Positions 49,083-62,592 of a stretch of 64,000 nucleotides of DNA are shown here, piece after piece. The notes under the pieces were generated by a model. It saw nothing but the letters and a program-made list of their open reading frames with translations, searched no databases and was not told where the DNA came from. The stretch's first letter is position 1; every line of letters begins with the position of its first letter. The translations under genes were made by a program, and so were the position numbers. The stretch comes from Balanoglossus misakiensis. Lineage: Eukaryota; Animalia; Hemichordata. The DNA lies in the NCBI GenBank assembly GCA_040954595.2, contig CM082591.2:5363009-5427008 (forward strand). Reading direction: 5' to 3'.

Positions 49083-49210
49083 TAGCCTTGCGTACAGGTC
49101 TGTGTGTTCCCGGCCTTTACACGGCCTCCACGTGTGGAGGTCGCGTACGCTGGGACCATGCTGTGTGTTCGCGCGTAACGCCTGGAGCACACAACCTGTA
49201 CACAGGGCAA
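49083..49210. mobile_element. 128-bp TAG-terminal non-autonomous element with a 10-bp target-site duplication
   Basis: CTATCTCAGT at 49073-49082 and 49211-49220 flanks TAGCCTTGCGTACAGG...CCTGTACACAGGGCAA (16-bp imperfect TIR). Confidence 0.75.
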
Positions 49211-49632
49211 CTATCTCAGTCAGTGATTTCCGACGCCTAGCGCCTTTGCATTTCCCTATCGATGGTTATAAAGACACTGTCAGTGAACGTAGATTATGGT
49301 TTAGCATTAGGTACCTCTGTGTGGCCCTCGCTTTTTGGCTCTGTGGGTTTAAAACACTGCATAGCCAACTGAAGCAAACGGATTAAGATGCAGAGACTGT
49401 TGACACTTTATTTATCTGCTTTGTTGATGTTTTGTTATCATTAATCGATTGTGTTTGTTTTGCAGTTATGCTGAACAAGCTACAATCAATACCCGAAAGT
49501 GAAAAATTGCTGTGACAGCCTGAAACTCCACGTGAATACCAGAGCTCTTTGAAGTCTGTGACACTCTCACCATCTGTGAGTGCAACCTGAGACTCAAGAG
49601 GTACGTCGCATTTTGTCCTTTGTGTATGAAAG

Positions 49633-49796
49633 TACAGTCAAACCTGTCTATAGTGGCCAGTCAAGGGACTTTCCTAAACTGGCCTTTGTAGAAAGTGACA
49701 TTTATATAGAGGTTAATTAACACACATGTGAATTGTACAGGGACTGTAACTAAGTGGCCAATATATAGAGGTGGCCACTAACAGGGATTTTGACTG
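49633..49796. mobile_element. TA/CAGT-terminal (Tc1/pogo-like) MITE
   Basis: TACAGTCAAACCTGTCTATAGTGGCCA...GTGGCCACTAACAGGGATTTTGACTG. An inverted copy lies at 23240-23405. Confidence 0.75.
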
Positions 49797-51519
49797 AGGC
49801 TGTTCCTTTTTGTGCGGATTCCAGCAACACAGCAGTTGGCACAGGGGTTTCAATCATGTCATGTAATACATACAGTGTACATGTATTATGGGATGAAAGT
49901 TGAGTACTTTTCAGCAATTCTGCACCATACACAGACACAGACACTTGGACCATCTCTCCTAACAACAACAGATCTTATTGTCCACGGGTTTTACAAGTGT
50001 CATGATACATACATGTATATAGTACCATCTTGTTTCTGGGCCGGAATGGGAATAGGAAAGGCACTGTTAAATTAAAATAAGACAAACCAGACACATTGAG
50101 TATGTTAAAGAATATATTTTTACTCTCTCTATGACATCAAGGTATTTAAATCTCTAGACAAAAAAAACACAGAGACACTGTCTAGAAGCTGTCTTCTAAC
50201 CATTATGTATATACACATCCGACTTTCTGTCATCAACAAGTGTACTTGTCAATTATACCTTTGGTAATTTTTTTTGCATCACATTCATCTAAACGGCGGG
50301 GTTTCCAATACAATGTACATCATCAAACAAATGACCTGTGACCCTTCGGTCAAGCAGGCCAAACCCCCCTACCAAGGCAATACCGGCAAATTGACAAGTG
50401 CAAATGCTGGACATGTTTAATAATGACAGTGACACTGACAACTTACATATTGTAACCTTGACAAGAAACTAATGTACAAATACAGACATGAGAATGGGTC
50501 TGGAGTTGATGTTGATTCGCAAATTTGGCTTTGTTCCATTCAAGCAGTGTTTCTGTCAATCATGGTCCCAAAAGGAGGCATGTGATTGGTTTTCACTAGG
50601 ATGATTTGCATAAAATTGATACAGTGTGTCAAAAATGACAGAGAAGGAAAGGTCCAAAGACTTTGCAGGAAAAATGCCAAGTTCTGGAGCTATGGTTGAA
50701 TTAACTGAATTCTAAATTAGCTAATTGAAAACACGTAGAAATTCTATCGAAAGGACATCATGACTTGATATGCTGGTTTGCCGAAATATCTAATCCCAGC
50801 TTCTAATTCCTCAGATGAAAATCTCTGAGAAAAAAAAATTCCAAGGCTGGTTTTGGAAAAAAAAAATCATATAATAGTGAATTTCATTGAAAATGGTCTG
50901 CATATTTTCAGTGAAAAGACAGCTTAAGTTAAATTTGTATGATTACTATACTTTATTTCTGAAGTTTTCCTGCAGAAGAAAAATAAGTTTCTGTAGTTTG
51001 CAAAAGTCTTCAAAGGCAAAGTTCAAATTGTCAAGTCCTTTGCACATTTTCCACTAAATCTTTAAAAAGAAATTCTCCCTTTTTGCGAAGTATTGGATAA
51101 AAATCACTTTCACTGTACTTTGTACATAAGAATACAAAAAATCCCGACAATAAATACATACCGCAAGGTATTTATACGAGAAGCGAAACTATAAAAAAAA
51201 ACATTTATAGTCCATTGATTTCTGTGGCTAGTGTAAGACAGCTAAAAATAGACAAAGATGTATTCAAATTAGCTGATTAAAATTACGAAATTCATCATTG
51301 GTAAACCTGGACACATTCATCTGTCCCATACCAGGTATAAAAATTACATTTTGGTATTAAAATGTGATTGTTTTTTTAGTAAAAAACATTAGGTTTTCTT
51401 GATTTTCTTTGATAAAGCGACGGCCAAAACTTAGGCACATGTTATAAGGCGAACCTGTTGCTATGTTACTGGGAGTTTACAAGAAGTCTGATTAAATCCC
51501 TCGCTTAGTCAATGCTTAA

Positions 51520-51610
51520 TTAGCCCTTTCACCACCATGGTTCAGTCCAAATCTGTTGTTTTTCTATGGTAAAGTTGGACCTCATCACAGGGAAATGGGG
51601 GTGGGGAGGG
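51520..51610. mobile_element. Degenerate about 90-bp piggyBac-like MITE
   Basis: TTAGCCCTTTCACCACCATGGTTCAGTCCAAATCTGTTGTTTTCTATGGTAAAGTTGGACC...GGGGGTGGGGAGGG. Confidence 0.75.
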
Positions 51611-53638
51611 CAGCATTTGAAGTGTAAACTTTGTGAGTTCAGAAACAGGGGGTGACAACACTCAATCTCACAAGTGTTCAGTCATTTTTTCCTCGTAATG
51701 AAAAAAAGACATATATTGTAGGTTTGTGTGCTTAGAAAAATACAGAAATATCAATCTGTGTTGACACTGGAAGCCCATATACACCATGTACAAAAACTAC
51801 TTGGTGAGATGTACTGTAAGAGTTTTTTTACAAAATCCATTACTGTGAATTGTTCCTGCCATAATTGTTAAAGATATAAACTCAACTCTTTGGGATAATT
51901 TTGTAATTGTATACTTTTCAAGGTTGATGACAAATCATTTCTACTACTTTTAAATTATTAATGTTATTAATTTACTTGTACGTAACCACTGCAATGAATT
52001 AATAAGTACATATTAGGGGCAATCCATTTCTACAGTGCACTTCCTATTGGTTGCTGAGGCTGGGATTGAGAAGTCTTTTCGAACTACACTGTGCCCTCTA
52101 GTGGTGGCTTTGGCAAAGCATCGCAGTTGGCTTGTTCAATCGAGACACGATCAGGATTACAAATTTCTGAATCTCTGTAACAGTGGCCCTAATTGGTCAG
52201 TTTAGTTCTGTTCTTAGTCCCCATTGGCTGATAAAACACTCATTTACATGCTACTGTGCATAGGCCTCGTAGTTAAAAGCTCGAAAACCCAAATTTGGCA
52301 TTACTTGCTGTTTGTGAAAACTGCGCATGACAATTTGGGATTGTAATCTCCAGCTCTCTGTGGTAAGAATGACAAGATGTGAATCAAGAAATAGTCTGAC
52401 TGCACTGGCATATGTATCACCCAGAAAACCCTCTGAAGGAATCTTAACAGATTCTTACAGAACACATGTGATTGTCTTTGAGATGTCTGTCATGAAACGT
52501 ACTTCAATACTGATATTGCTTCTAGTGTATTTTTTTCAAGGCACATTTCTGGCTGCAGAGTGGTGGGCTTTGTGAGACAGACTGCGAACACTCAAGACAT
52601 TCAGTGTAGGGAATTCCAATAGACTAAAATATATGCGTAGTTCCTCAGCGATAGAAGAATCTTGTCTGAAGTCTCTTAAATGGGGAAAAAATACAGCCTC
52701 CTTGTTGTCAATGAAAGTTTAGAAAACTAAAGTTCAAGGTTTCCAGTTGTGATGTAATATCTCTCCCTCATGGGGATGAGTCGAAACGAGAAAATATTTT
52801 TTTGATTTCCTCGAAACTAGTTGATTCAAGTCTCACACACACAAGAGTTGGCAAGTTCTAATGAGGTAAAATACATGGATGATTCCAGCAAGTGCTATTG
52901 GGTAATTCCAGCAAGGGCTTCTGGGTGTTCCCCAAAGGTCTCTTGGGTAATTCTGACCAAGCCAGCTCAGTGGTGGCTCCATTGTTTCAATACTTGAGAG
53001 ACTGTGTCCAGTAGTGGGTACATCAAGGTTTTGGTGTGAAGCATGCTATAGCTCTCATTTTTCAAAGTCATTCTCTGAAGGTTTCGCTCACAATTCTCTG
53101 CAGGCTGTGGGTGTGGGTTTTCATGTCATTCCAACTAAAATTGTCATTCCTTCTATCACAACTGATGTGTTGACTTCCATCTTGACAAAAGTACAACTGT
53201 CGCAGATGCCTAAAATCCAATGCACCACATTGGCCAACCATCTCTGCATCCCCAAACTCAAACACACATAGCTGGGCTGACGTTACAAGCTGGCAGACTG
53301 TTGGCAGAGGATTGCAGAATCCACCTGACATCCCCATGTACACAGGGCTGTATATCTCCATGTTACAGTCACAGACCAGGACCACCAGGCAAAAATCCTT
53401 GCCTGGGGTAAGCCTCCAAATACAATCACATTACATGGCAGGGCTGATACTCGTGGCCAGAAGACTACCCCCTTCTACAAATCCGCGAGTTGCCGTCTTC
53501 AACCACAGACAAAACAGTGTCAGCTACGCACAAGCAACACAGCATTCCGATATTCCAGACAAATCGGTCCAAGGGGAAGACTGGAACCTAACACACACGA
53601 TATGCAGCAGCTGAGGAATACATTATTTTCATCCATCC

Positions 53639-56600
53639 TTATATTATGGCTAAAACATCCCCTGAAGAAACATCTGGAAATGAAAAGAAAAAACGATCGC
53701 AATTAGTGATGTTTTGAGACGCAAAAATACAGAAATTGGCTGGCAGAACATTCAGTTACACCAGACAGTTAATAAAAACTCGCCAAAATTAATAATCAGT
53801 CTGTGCTGTTTATTCATTTTGGCGAGATCTTTACTCTCATACCCTACAAACGGGATGGAAGTTGTATGAGGTCAAACGTTGATTCACTATATATCCACAC
53901 GTACATTACCATAAATGGTGTCTTGTATCAAACATAATTAATAGAAAAAGGGGCAGCGAGAGAGAGACTTTGTCCCTTTAGTGTGACTTACTTAAACTCT
54001 GTTCAACTTCCATTGCACTTAGTTGGTTGGCCTGGCCATCGGGCGACAGGGTGGCCGTGGTCGTCGTGGCGTTCGCCGTGCGATTGTGACTCGACGGGGT
54101 CGTCGTGGCGTTCCCCGTCCGATGATGATGATGGTGGTGGCGTCGACTCGACGACAGGTTGCCATGGTGATGCCGCCGGTGCCGATGCCGGTGCGGAATG
54201 ATGCCTATTGTAACTGGACAGCGTAGTGTGAGATCAGGTTGGCAAAATCCTGAGAACGATGCTTGAAGCTGAAACGATAAAGCAAAAAAAGTTGAAGGGC
54301 CTGTCCACATAGTGTCTGACCACGTTACAATCCATATGGCCAAGCAATTGAAAATAGATCATAATCTCCCATGGTAACTGCAGCTATTACATTTATAAAA
54401 AAGAGTTTATAGCCCATTTCATGTCTCTGTGATGATATAACCATAGCATTAATATAACCTGGCTTTTCCACCTAATGTAGATGGAAATTAATTTTGTGTT
54501 TGTCAAGGTTCTTCCAACAGACAGAGTTGTATGTCAGTTCAAAAGAGATAAAACATATCTGGGTTTTAATATCTTCTGAGAGGTTTTTGGTAAGGGAGAG
54601 TAGAAAAGCACACAAGGCTATGGCACTTTAAGGGTTAACCCTTTCACCCCCAGTTCGTTTTTTAGAGGTCCCACTTTACCATAGATAACAATGGGTTAGG
54701 ACTGAACCATGGTAGGTGAGAGGGTTAAACCTGACACTCACCTCTACAAAGTACTTAATGTCGATAAATTCACACCCTTCCAAGCCCGTCGTGGCACACA
54801 TCTGGGGAACCTTCAACTCCTTCTGGACCCAACTCCTCGAACTCCTCGCCCCGCAACCATCCTCCTCCAACCGACTGATGACCTGTCTGCAGGCCCGCGT
54901 CTCGCTCTGTCTTCCCAGCACGCCGCGAGCGATAGCACCAGTGATACCAGGCGGTGAGGCCGTAAACGAAGCAATCTGTCGACGACAAGACAATAAAACA
55001 AAACATGAATTTTATTGTTCTAGTAATTAATTTTGAAATTTGCTAGGTAATCTGTCCATAACAAAAACAAAAACAAAACAAAACATGAATTTTATAATAC
55101 TAGATCAAATTTAAAATGTATAACAGTAGTTGAAATACTGATAGATATTGGCTTCAGTTTTTATCATTAAAGATAAATTCAATGTACAGTAAAATTTGTC
55201 AAAATTGGACATAAAAGGGACTGAAGAAATTGTTCGGTTTGCAGAGGTGTCTCACTGTCTGGTTTATAGAGGTTCTTTTAACATGTGGTTCTATGTCAAA
55301 AGGATATAGGAAAATGTGTTCAGTATAGACAGGTTTCAAGATAAGACAGGGTTTGGTTGAGACAGGTTTTTACAGTCAACTCTTTGGCTGAGATCTAAGA
55401 CTGCTTTCGCACGTGCATTGAAGTCTACCTCACATCTTTGGACGTATTGCTTTCATGTAAGTACATGTATACAGTCATGTCTTCTGTGTACAGTACAAAG
55501 TTCCAGGGTATGTAACATCAAAGCTTAGCAGTCCAATTTAATTGCTGTGTAATACCCAGATGACAGTAAAATACACTGTCGGGAATTGATACAGCAGATT
55601 GCGTAATTTCAATGGAATTAAGAGATTTGGTGCAAAAGCCCCAGCTGGTATACAGGAGGCAGTAATGATGAGCTATTTACTGCCGGCTATTTTTCTCCCC
55701 AATTACCATGGTTATATAACCACGGTGTCATTGACACGACAACAATGGCATAGATCAAGGTTTAAGGTCTAATTGTTGTTATTTTATGGTTCAGTAAAAG
55801 CGATCCAGTTGTTCGTCAATGCGGTTTGATTACAGACTTTGTGTTCGGTATTGTCTCCTGATTATCTGTTAATCCAATTGTGGGTTTGCATCAGACGATA
55901 GTTTGGCTGAAAGTAGATGTGGATTCGGCAGAAAGAGTTGTCATGGAGTGACTGTCAGTAGAAACTGATTTGGAGCAGCATTCAGAGTAATTCTGGCTGC
56001 CTTAAATAGGTTTTAACTTTGCACTAGTGGTCAAAGAGATAGAAGAAATGATATATTTACTGTATTTGTAGTTACCATATTAAACTCATTAAACTTTTTT
56101 CACATTTTGTTATTTTTTCTGTTAAAAAGTTTCAGAATGACCCATCGTCACTTTAGCTTATGAACTCATATGGCAAAAGTCGGCCATCTTGAAATTGTGT
56201 CGACCATATGAGATTTTCATCACTCACTTAGGTAGCTTAAAACCTATTTAAGGTAGGGAGAATTGCGGTCTAGGATCTGACTTGTTTCAGTGTCTGGGTT
56301 CTATTAGCCTAGTATCTAGCCGTATAGCGGACAAAATACCGCTAGATACTAGACTAGGGTTCTATGAACACAGCACAAACATCAGAAAAGATTTCCAGAC
56401 TGCTGTCTTTATTGAAAAAAAATTGAGACTGTAACAATGCCGGTTTCAACAGTGCAGAAAAATACCCACATTGTCTTTTCAGTAAAGTAAAATTTTTATA
56501 ACAAAAATAGTTAGTGCATCCTGAAAGAAATCAAACAGAACGTTGTTTTGGCACAACATTTATAAAAATACAGACAAATTTCAGTTTAAAAGAGAAACTT

Positions 56601-56785
56601 ACCTGTATTAGTAAAATTGTCATGCCAGTTATTCTGGTCCTACTGTTGTTGTGTAACTGCATATTGACGTACATATTTTCACCGGGCTGGTAGCCTTTCC
56701 TATCTAACTCTAACTTGATAGATAGATTGCCTGTCTTATTGCAGCAGCCGATGGCTCTCTCCTCCTCATGTTCGAAAGATTCCTA

Positions 56786-56833
<48 letters not shown>

Positions 56834-59800
56834 AAATAATTAATATTTATAGTAATATAATTAATTTTCATAGGGTACGAATATTACACGTCCATTCCAA
56901 TAGGCAAAGAAGAAGTTGCACATTGGCACTGCTTGCACAGTCCAGTTAGAAAAGGGTCTGTTTTGTGGCTACAGTCTGTGGCATAGTTATCGCACCATCC
57001 TGGGGTGCCTACTACTTGTTCAGACACATTTCTGACTTGCTAGGTGCTAGACTAGCAGTCTGCAGAGATGGGGTGATCTTCATGCAGATCCTAGCACAGG
57101 CAAGCCAATAGACATCTCAGTATGTCCCAACAGGAATATGCAAATTTTATGACAACGGCAACTATCGCACTCATAGATCCTGCACCATCTAAAAAAGTGT
57201 ATTTCTGAATATTTTGTTCTAAGTATAAACAATTTGTACCAAATGCATCCACTATTCCGTGCAGAAATGCAGGCAAACGGAAGTGCATGGTGTACTGTCC
57301 AACAGATGTCGTAAATATAGAAATTAATTACAGTCCCCGACGTCAGGCGACATTAGATATCCCTGAAGTATGTGATCTCTGATCCCTATATGTTGCACAG
57401 CTGACAGTGATTTCTCTGCACTTCTGCGTTCTATGATGATGCGATTGTCTGAGGCAGACAGACAGGCTGGGCAAGCTTACCAGTGCATCTTTCTCGTGCT
57501 CTGAGAAAGGTATGTACAGCGTGCGTGTGGCTGTACGAATAATTCTACCATTGCGACACTGCCTGCTAACTTTCTGGTGAAGTGTTGAGCATTACATTGT
57601 ATATGTCGCAGAATCAACAGGTTGATGTGTTTTTACTGTACAGGGCTCGTCTGGTACAGGCATTCCACTTTGTGCAAGATTTGTCTGGTGCTAGCTTCCC
57701 ACCAGCCCTGAGCTACCACAGTGCTAACACTACCACCTCACTGAGTCAGACTAGAACAGTGCCAACACTGAGCTAGTCTGGTGCTAACACAATGATACTG
57801 AGTTAGCACACTTTTAACATTTCCGTCATCCCTTTCACACTAACAATAACCCTGTTAGTTTTCTTTGGAACAAGACTGTACCTTAGCAAAATTTACTGAC
57901 CACAAACAAAGTAATATTCATTAAAAGCATGTAGTATATATCTGTTGGAATGAACAGAAAGTTTAAAGGTATTTTCCAAGAAAAAAATCCTTTCCCAGAA
58001 CACCATAAAGTGATGCTATACTTACATAAAGATCAACAATTTGATTGAGATCTGGCGAGGTGCCAAGCACCAAAAACTTCCTCTCCTTCTGTAAATTGTA
58101 TTTCCCCCGGATGCAGTCGGCCAGTGTGGCCTCGATCGTGTACCGGACATATCCCTTGTCCGTCTCCAGCGAGCACGGCAAGGGGCCGTCCGGCACCGGG
58201 AAATTGAACTTGAACTTGTGGGCCGCCGGGTCAAGGGTCAGCAGCTTGGGGTCTTCCACGTCGGGACCTGTGTGGAGGAGAGAAAGCACGAGACATCGTG
58301 AGACGACAGCTGGGTTTGGAGGGGATTCGCAAAATGCGGCTTTGAGGTCAGGAATGTGGTTGGAACGAAAAAGAAAGACAACTGGGTCAACAAGGGTCTT
58401 TAACTTGAGATCCTTGAGGGATATGACCACTGGAGAAAAGTAAACACAACTGAATACACATCGTTTTTTTACGAGTTGTGAAAACAATATTTAACAGCCG
58501 TACAGTATACATGTATACTGGCGGTAGACACATGCATAGACCGTAGTCTTTCTCTGGGGTCTATGCGAGACTGAGCAAGTTAATGTGGTTCTCAACAGAG
58601 GTATGTGTGCCATTCCCATGCAAAGTTCTACTATTGAGCCTTATCATATGTGATTACATAGATCTCCATATTACAATATCTAAATGATTGAACTGGCTTA
58701 GTACAGCCAAGCTACTTTACTCTGGCAAAGGGGAGAGTTTGTAATCATTATCATAATTAATTGAAATGTACCCTGCCCTGGGCTTCTCTGTGTCTGCATT
58801 GCATTTCGTTATATTTAGCTACAAACTCCAATATGACAACATTAATTTCAGTGATGAACTTCCATTTGTTAAACATGGCAGAAATCTGCCATCTTGAAAT
58901 TATGCTAATCACATGATTTTTATCACTCACCTAAGTAGGAAAAACTATTTAAGGTTGTGAGAATTGAAAAATATATCATCTTTGAGTTTTAAAGTAAAAC
59001 AACATTTTCACATTAAAAACTATAAAACATATGGGCTAGCCAATACTTTAATCTTGGGAGTGCAAATTGCAAAGTTCATCCAGCTTCTCTAAAAACAGGT
59101 GTGTGTTCTGTACTCCAGTGAACAGTGACCCCTGAAGGTCAGCAGAGGCCACCCGGGTCAGCCGAGGTCAAACAGTAGGACGCTATCAATTTATCGGAAT
59201 GTGAAATACAACTGCAGGGGGGAATCTTGAGTAACCAGCTACGTTACAATGTGTTGAGGAGAAGTCCTCTTCGCTGGCGTAACTTTATATATTCTGACAT
59301 CTAAACATACCACACACCACCACCAGTCTCTGACTTCTGTAGAATTTCAAGTCGCCCCGCATTGAAATGCCCCTATCACTTTACCAAAGTTCACTTCCCG
59401 GGATGCAACAGACGACAGGATAGATTTCATTCTCTACGCCGTATTTCTAGACAAACTCACGTCGCAGTAAAACCCGAAGTGAATATTGAATTCCATGGGA
59501 GTGCGACCACATGTCTGTTTCCGAGACACTCAGACGTGATCTCGGAAAAAAAAACAAGTTCACAACGTCTCCAGTACCACTTGTTTGTATCTCGATCAAG
59601 TGTGTCTGATTTCATCCTACTAAACCACAACATTCCTTTATTTCCTGAAAGCACAATTTTTACATACTTTTTTATTCTGGAAACAATTTATTTTAAGAAG
59701 TATATTATGAACTCACATTCCATTCTGAAGTTTCATGAAACAGACTTCTCATAAGCGTGTATATTGTACGTACATACATGTACATTATTTCTCATTGTTG

Positions 59801-60895
59801 CATTTCATTCACTTTTCTAGCAAATGAATTAACTTTTCCCTAAACTCCGACTGTGTAAAGCTATAAACATAAACACAATAATAGAAGGCTTATCTGTACA
59901 GGAAAATTAATGCAAAAATTTAAGGTAAAGGTTTTTGATTTTCTTTCCTAAATATTTGCAATTTGCAAATTGTGTTACAAATTTACAAGAATAATTCCAT
60001 ACATTGGCAATATATTAAGAGTACTATTGGCGTGTGGTACGTACACCGACCTAGCTTAACCACAGCAGAATACACCTATTTGTGGCTAGTCCAGTTAAGA
60101 GAAACAAATATTTACTCGAAAGATTTTTATCTCACATTTAACATACTACAACATGGACATATTTCTGTTTTATCTAAAACATGACACTGCAGTTTTCTGA
60201 AAAAAGTAAAAACTTCCAGACCGGAATTTATGGCTGAAATGAACAATCCAGGTGCTCGTGAATGGGATATATGTCCTATGCAGGGATTGTGAACACAGCG
60301 ACCTTGTGTGGCACCTTTACATGTATAGGCAGACCTTGACCTCCAAATCGCTTGCCATCCTGTGGTGTACATGTGTTAAAACAGCATGTACACAAGTCCA
60401 CTAACAATAGCAGTGGAGTGTATGTATGTATTCATGGCCTCCCAGTTTGCCTCAGACTTGTTGAATAGCATAAATTCACTGATCTCTCTTTACATTCGAA
60501 TGTCATTATCAACTTTACGCAAAATCAGCAGAACCCAACTATAGTACCTGGACAATTACATTGTGCATGTTTTATTTAAACTGTCAATGATGCACCAGTC
60601 CCATACTTTTTAACTGTTCAACAAAGCAGAAAATTTTGCAGAAAAGAAAATATCACCATTTATTATACCAAACATAATAGGGTCAGGAACGTACATCATT
60701 TATGATACAAAAAACTGTATCATTCTGTATATATATAAATCTAAGAACCATCTATCACACTGGCTGTCAACTACTTACCTTGGCCCCATAACGTGATCAC
60801 CTCATCGAAGTAGATCTCAGACGCTTGATAGACTCCCTTCCGTGAGCTGTCCGACCACTGAACTCGGGCTTCGCAAAATATTCTCAAATGGATAC
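53639..60895 (-). CDS. Arrestin domain-containing protein (alpha-arrestin, ARRDC-like), 5'-partial
   Basis: Exons (minus strand): 60895-60779 (GIHLRIFCEARVQWSD...YQASEIYFDEVITLWG); 58267-58026 (HKFKFNFPVPDGPLPCSLETDKGYVRYTIEATL...PDLN); 56782-56603 (GNLSIKLELDRKGYQPGENMYVNMQLHNNSR...LIQ); 54975-54742 (LKVPQMCATTGLEGCEFIDIKYFVE); 54268-53992 (LTLRCPVTIGIIP plus His-rich tail); 53673-53639 (stop). Arrestin_N and Arrestin_C signatures. The first coding exon was not found and is probably beyond 64000. Confidence 0.9.
53774..53980. mobile_element. Partial copy of the 9768-10122 foldback MITE
   Basis: AAAAACTCGCCAAAAT...TTATTCATTTTGGCGAG...GATTCACTATATATCCACA...GGTGTCTTGTATCAAACATAATTAAT...GAGAGAGACTTTGTCCCTTTA. 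Confidence 0.85.
54635..54728. mobile_element. About 90-bp piggyBac-like MITE, reverse orientation
   Basis: TTAACCCTTTCACCCCCAGTT...CCATGGTAGGTGAGAGGGTTAA, ending 13 bp from an arrestin exon boundary. Confidence 0.8.
56305..56356. mobile_element. 52-bp TAG-terminal hairpin element with a 9-bp target-site duplication
   Basis: GGGTTCTAT at 56296-56304 and 56357-56365 flanks TAGCCTAGTATCTAGC...GCTAGATACTAGACTA (16-bp TIR, 1 mismatch). Confidence 0.85.
56788..56828. repeat. (GA)n microsatellite acting as the polypyrimidine tract of an arrestin acceptor
   Basis: Reads (CT)n on the coding strand immediately before TGCTAG|GAA at 56782. Confidence 0.9.
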
Positions 60896-61282
60896 CTGGA
60901 ATGAAATCAGAACACATATATGATCAAATTCCAGTCACAATATATCGAACTATAGATGAACTCAACTAAATTAATTAATGACTATATGTCTGCTTCTTTT
61001 TTTTTTCAATCAGGAACTGCAGATATTTCTTGCTGTATCATACAAATCATTCCTAAATGCAAAGGTTGAGCACTGTGATCGTTTGGTTAACAGGTTTTAT
61101 CACAATCATGTAGATGTGACAATGATGACTATCCAAATATCCTCAGACTCATAATTAATCAGATGAAAAGATTTTACAGCAAGATTAGTTGAGCCACAAA
61201 GAATGTATAGGTTTACTTGTACTTTCAGACTGTCTCACATTTCAGTGAATGCAGCAATAGTGGTCATTTAGAAATATCTGTT

Positions 61283-61374
61283 TTAACCCCTTTACCACCA
61301 TGGTTTGGCCAAAATCCATTGTTTTCTATGGTAAAGTTGAACTATACAGAGGGAACTAGGGGTGAAAGGGTTAA
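61283..61374. mobile_element. About 90-bp piggyBac-like MITE
   Basis: TTAACCCCTTTACCACCATGGTTTGGCC...GGGGTGAAAGGGTTAA. Confidence 0.85.
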
Positions 61375-62592
61375 AACACACATGATGTAGTCATGTAGAA
61401 AAGTGGAAACGTAAACTCCCCACAAGGGCCACATGCCCTGTGCATAGCAACCGCACACGCTGCGCCGAAATATCCTTGATGTCAAAATCTCACAATCAAA
61501 ACATCAGGATGACGAGCAATCAAAATGGCGCAAAGCAAACAAATCGACTCTCTTTGTGGAGTGCCACAAAAGTGGCCTAATGAAGCATGCTGGGAGCTGG
61601 GCTACAGTTAGTTCAGATTAATTCGTGTTTACATTTACTTTAGCTTATGTCTGCTGGATTGGAATTATCACAGAGACTGCCTTTCTTGGAAGGACTAAAG
61701 CAAATAATGTACTCATCTCGGATAAGAGGGTAACATGACCTCAAAGCACCAATCAAAGCAGAGGATCTCGTTTCCTGTAGTTGAGTAAATAAATAACAGC
61801 AATCGCACTGGGGACTTTAGTGAAAAATTTCAAGTGGGGAAAGCGATGATTTTTATCACATCAAAACAGCAAGCATTCTATTATCAAACTTTCAAGGACA
61901 TGATGCATGAAATTCGTTGTTTGTCTGGGACTGACTTTTTTATTGGCTTTGTGAATCTGAACCCATCACAACAAGAATTCCATCACTTTCCTCTAAAACT
62001 ACAAGTTCACCGCAGACATTTTGTAATGTTTGTTTAACTTTAAGACTGTTTTGTGAAGTAACAATTACCTGCCTGCAAGATACATGAGAGTGACACCTAA
62101 TTCTCCAAAATAAACCTTTTCAAACTTTCATTCGTTTTTTAATACAAGAATGAGCATTTTGCTGAAGGATATTCTGTAGATGCATAATCATTAATGCGTA
62201 CTTTTATTTCATGACATGCAAACTCTTTTACACAAACCAAACCTACGCAGCGGAACAAAATCTGATAAAGTCCATGTACATTGTTTTGGAAACACACAAA
62301 AAACACAAAAACATCAGTGTCCACGACTGAATAGCCAGGTTTCAACTTATTTTATGCATGACGGGATCGCTCGTCAAACGCTCCAATTTGCTCGGACAAA
62401 AGCGTACTTGAAAGGGAAAGTTTCTTTATTTACCATGCAAAACACATTATCTCGCTTTTCCACACTATCCAAGTTACGCAGAAAGTTTCCTGGGGGATTT
62501 CCCGTTTGCCTGATGTAATCTGAAATGCCTGAGCTAAGTGAGAGAGAATTTTATAATATGTGGGTTACAAAGCAAGGTTTCACCAGCTAACT

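Noticed and set aside
52960-53630. Several 60-105 aa ORFs downstream of the arrestin stop
   Set aside because: No domain signal and no in-frame PPxY-bearing exon found; most likely 3' UTR.
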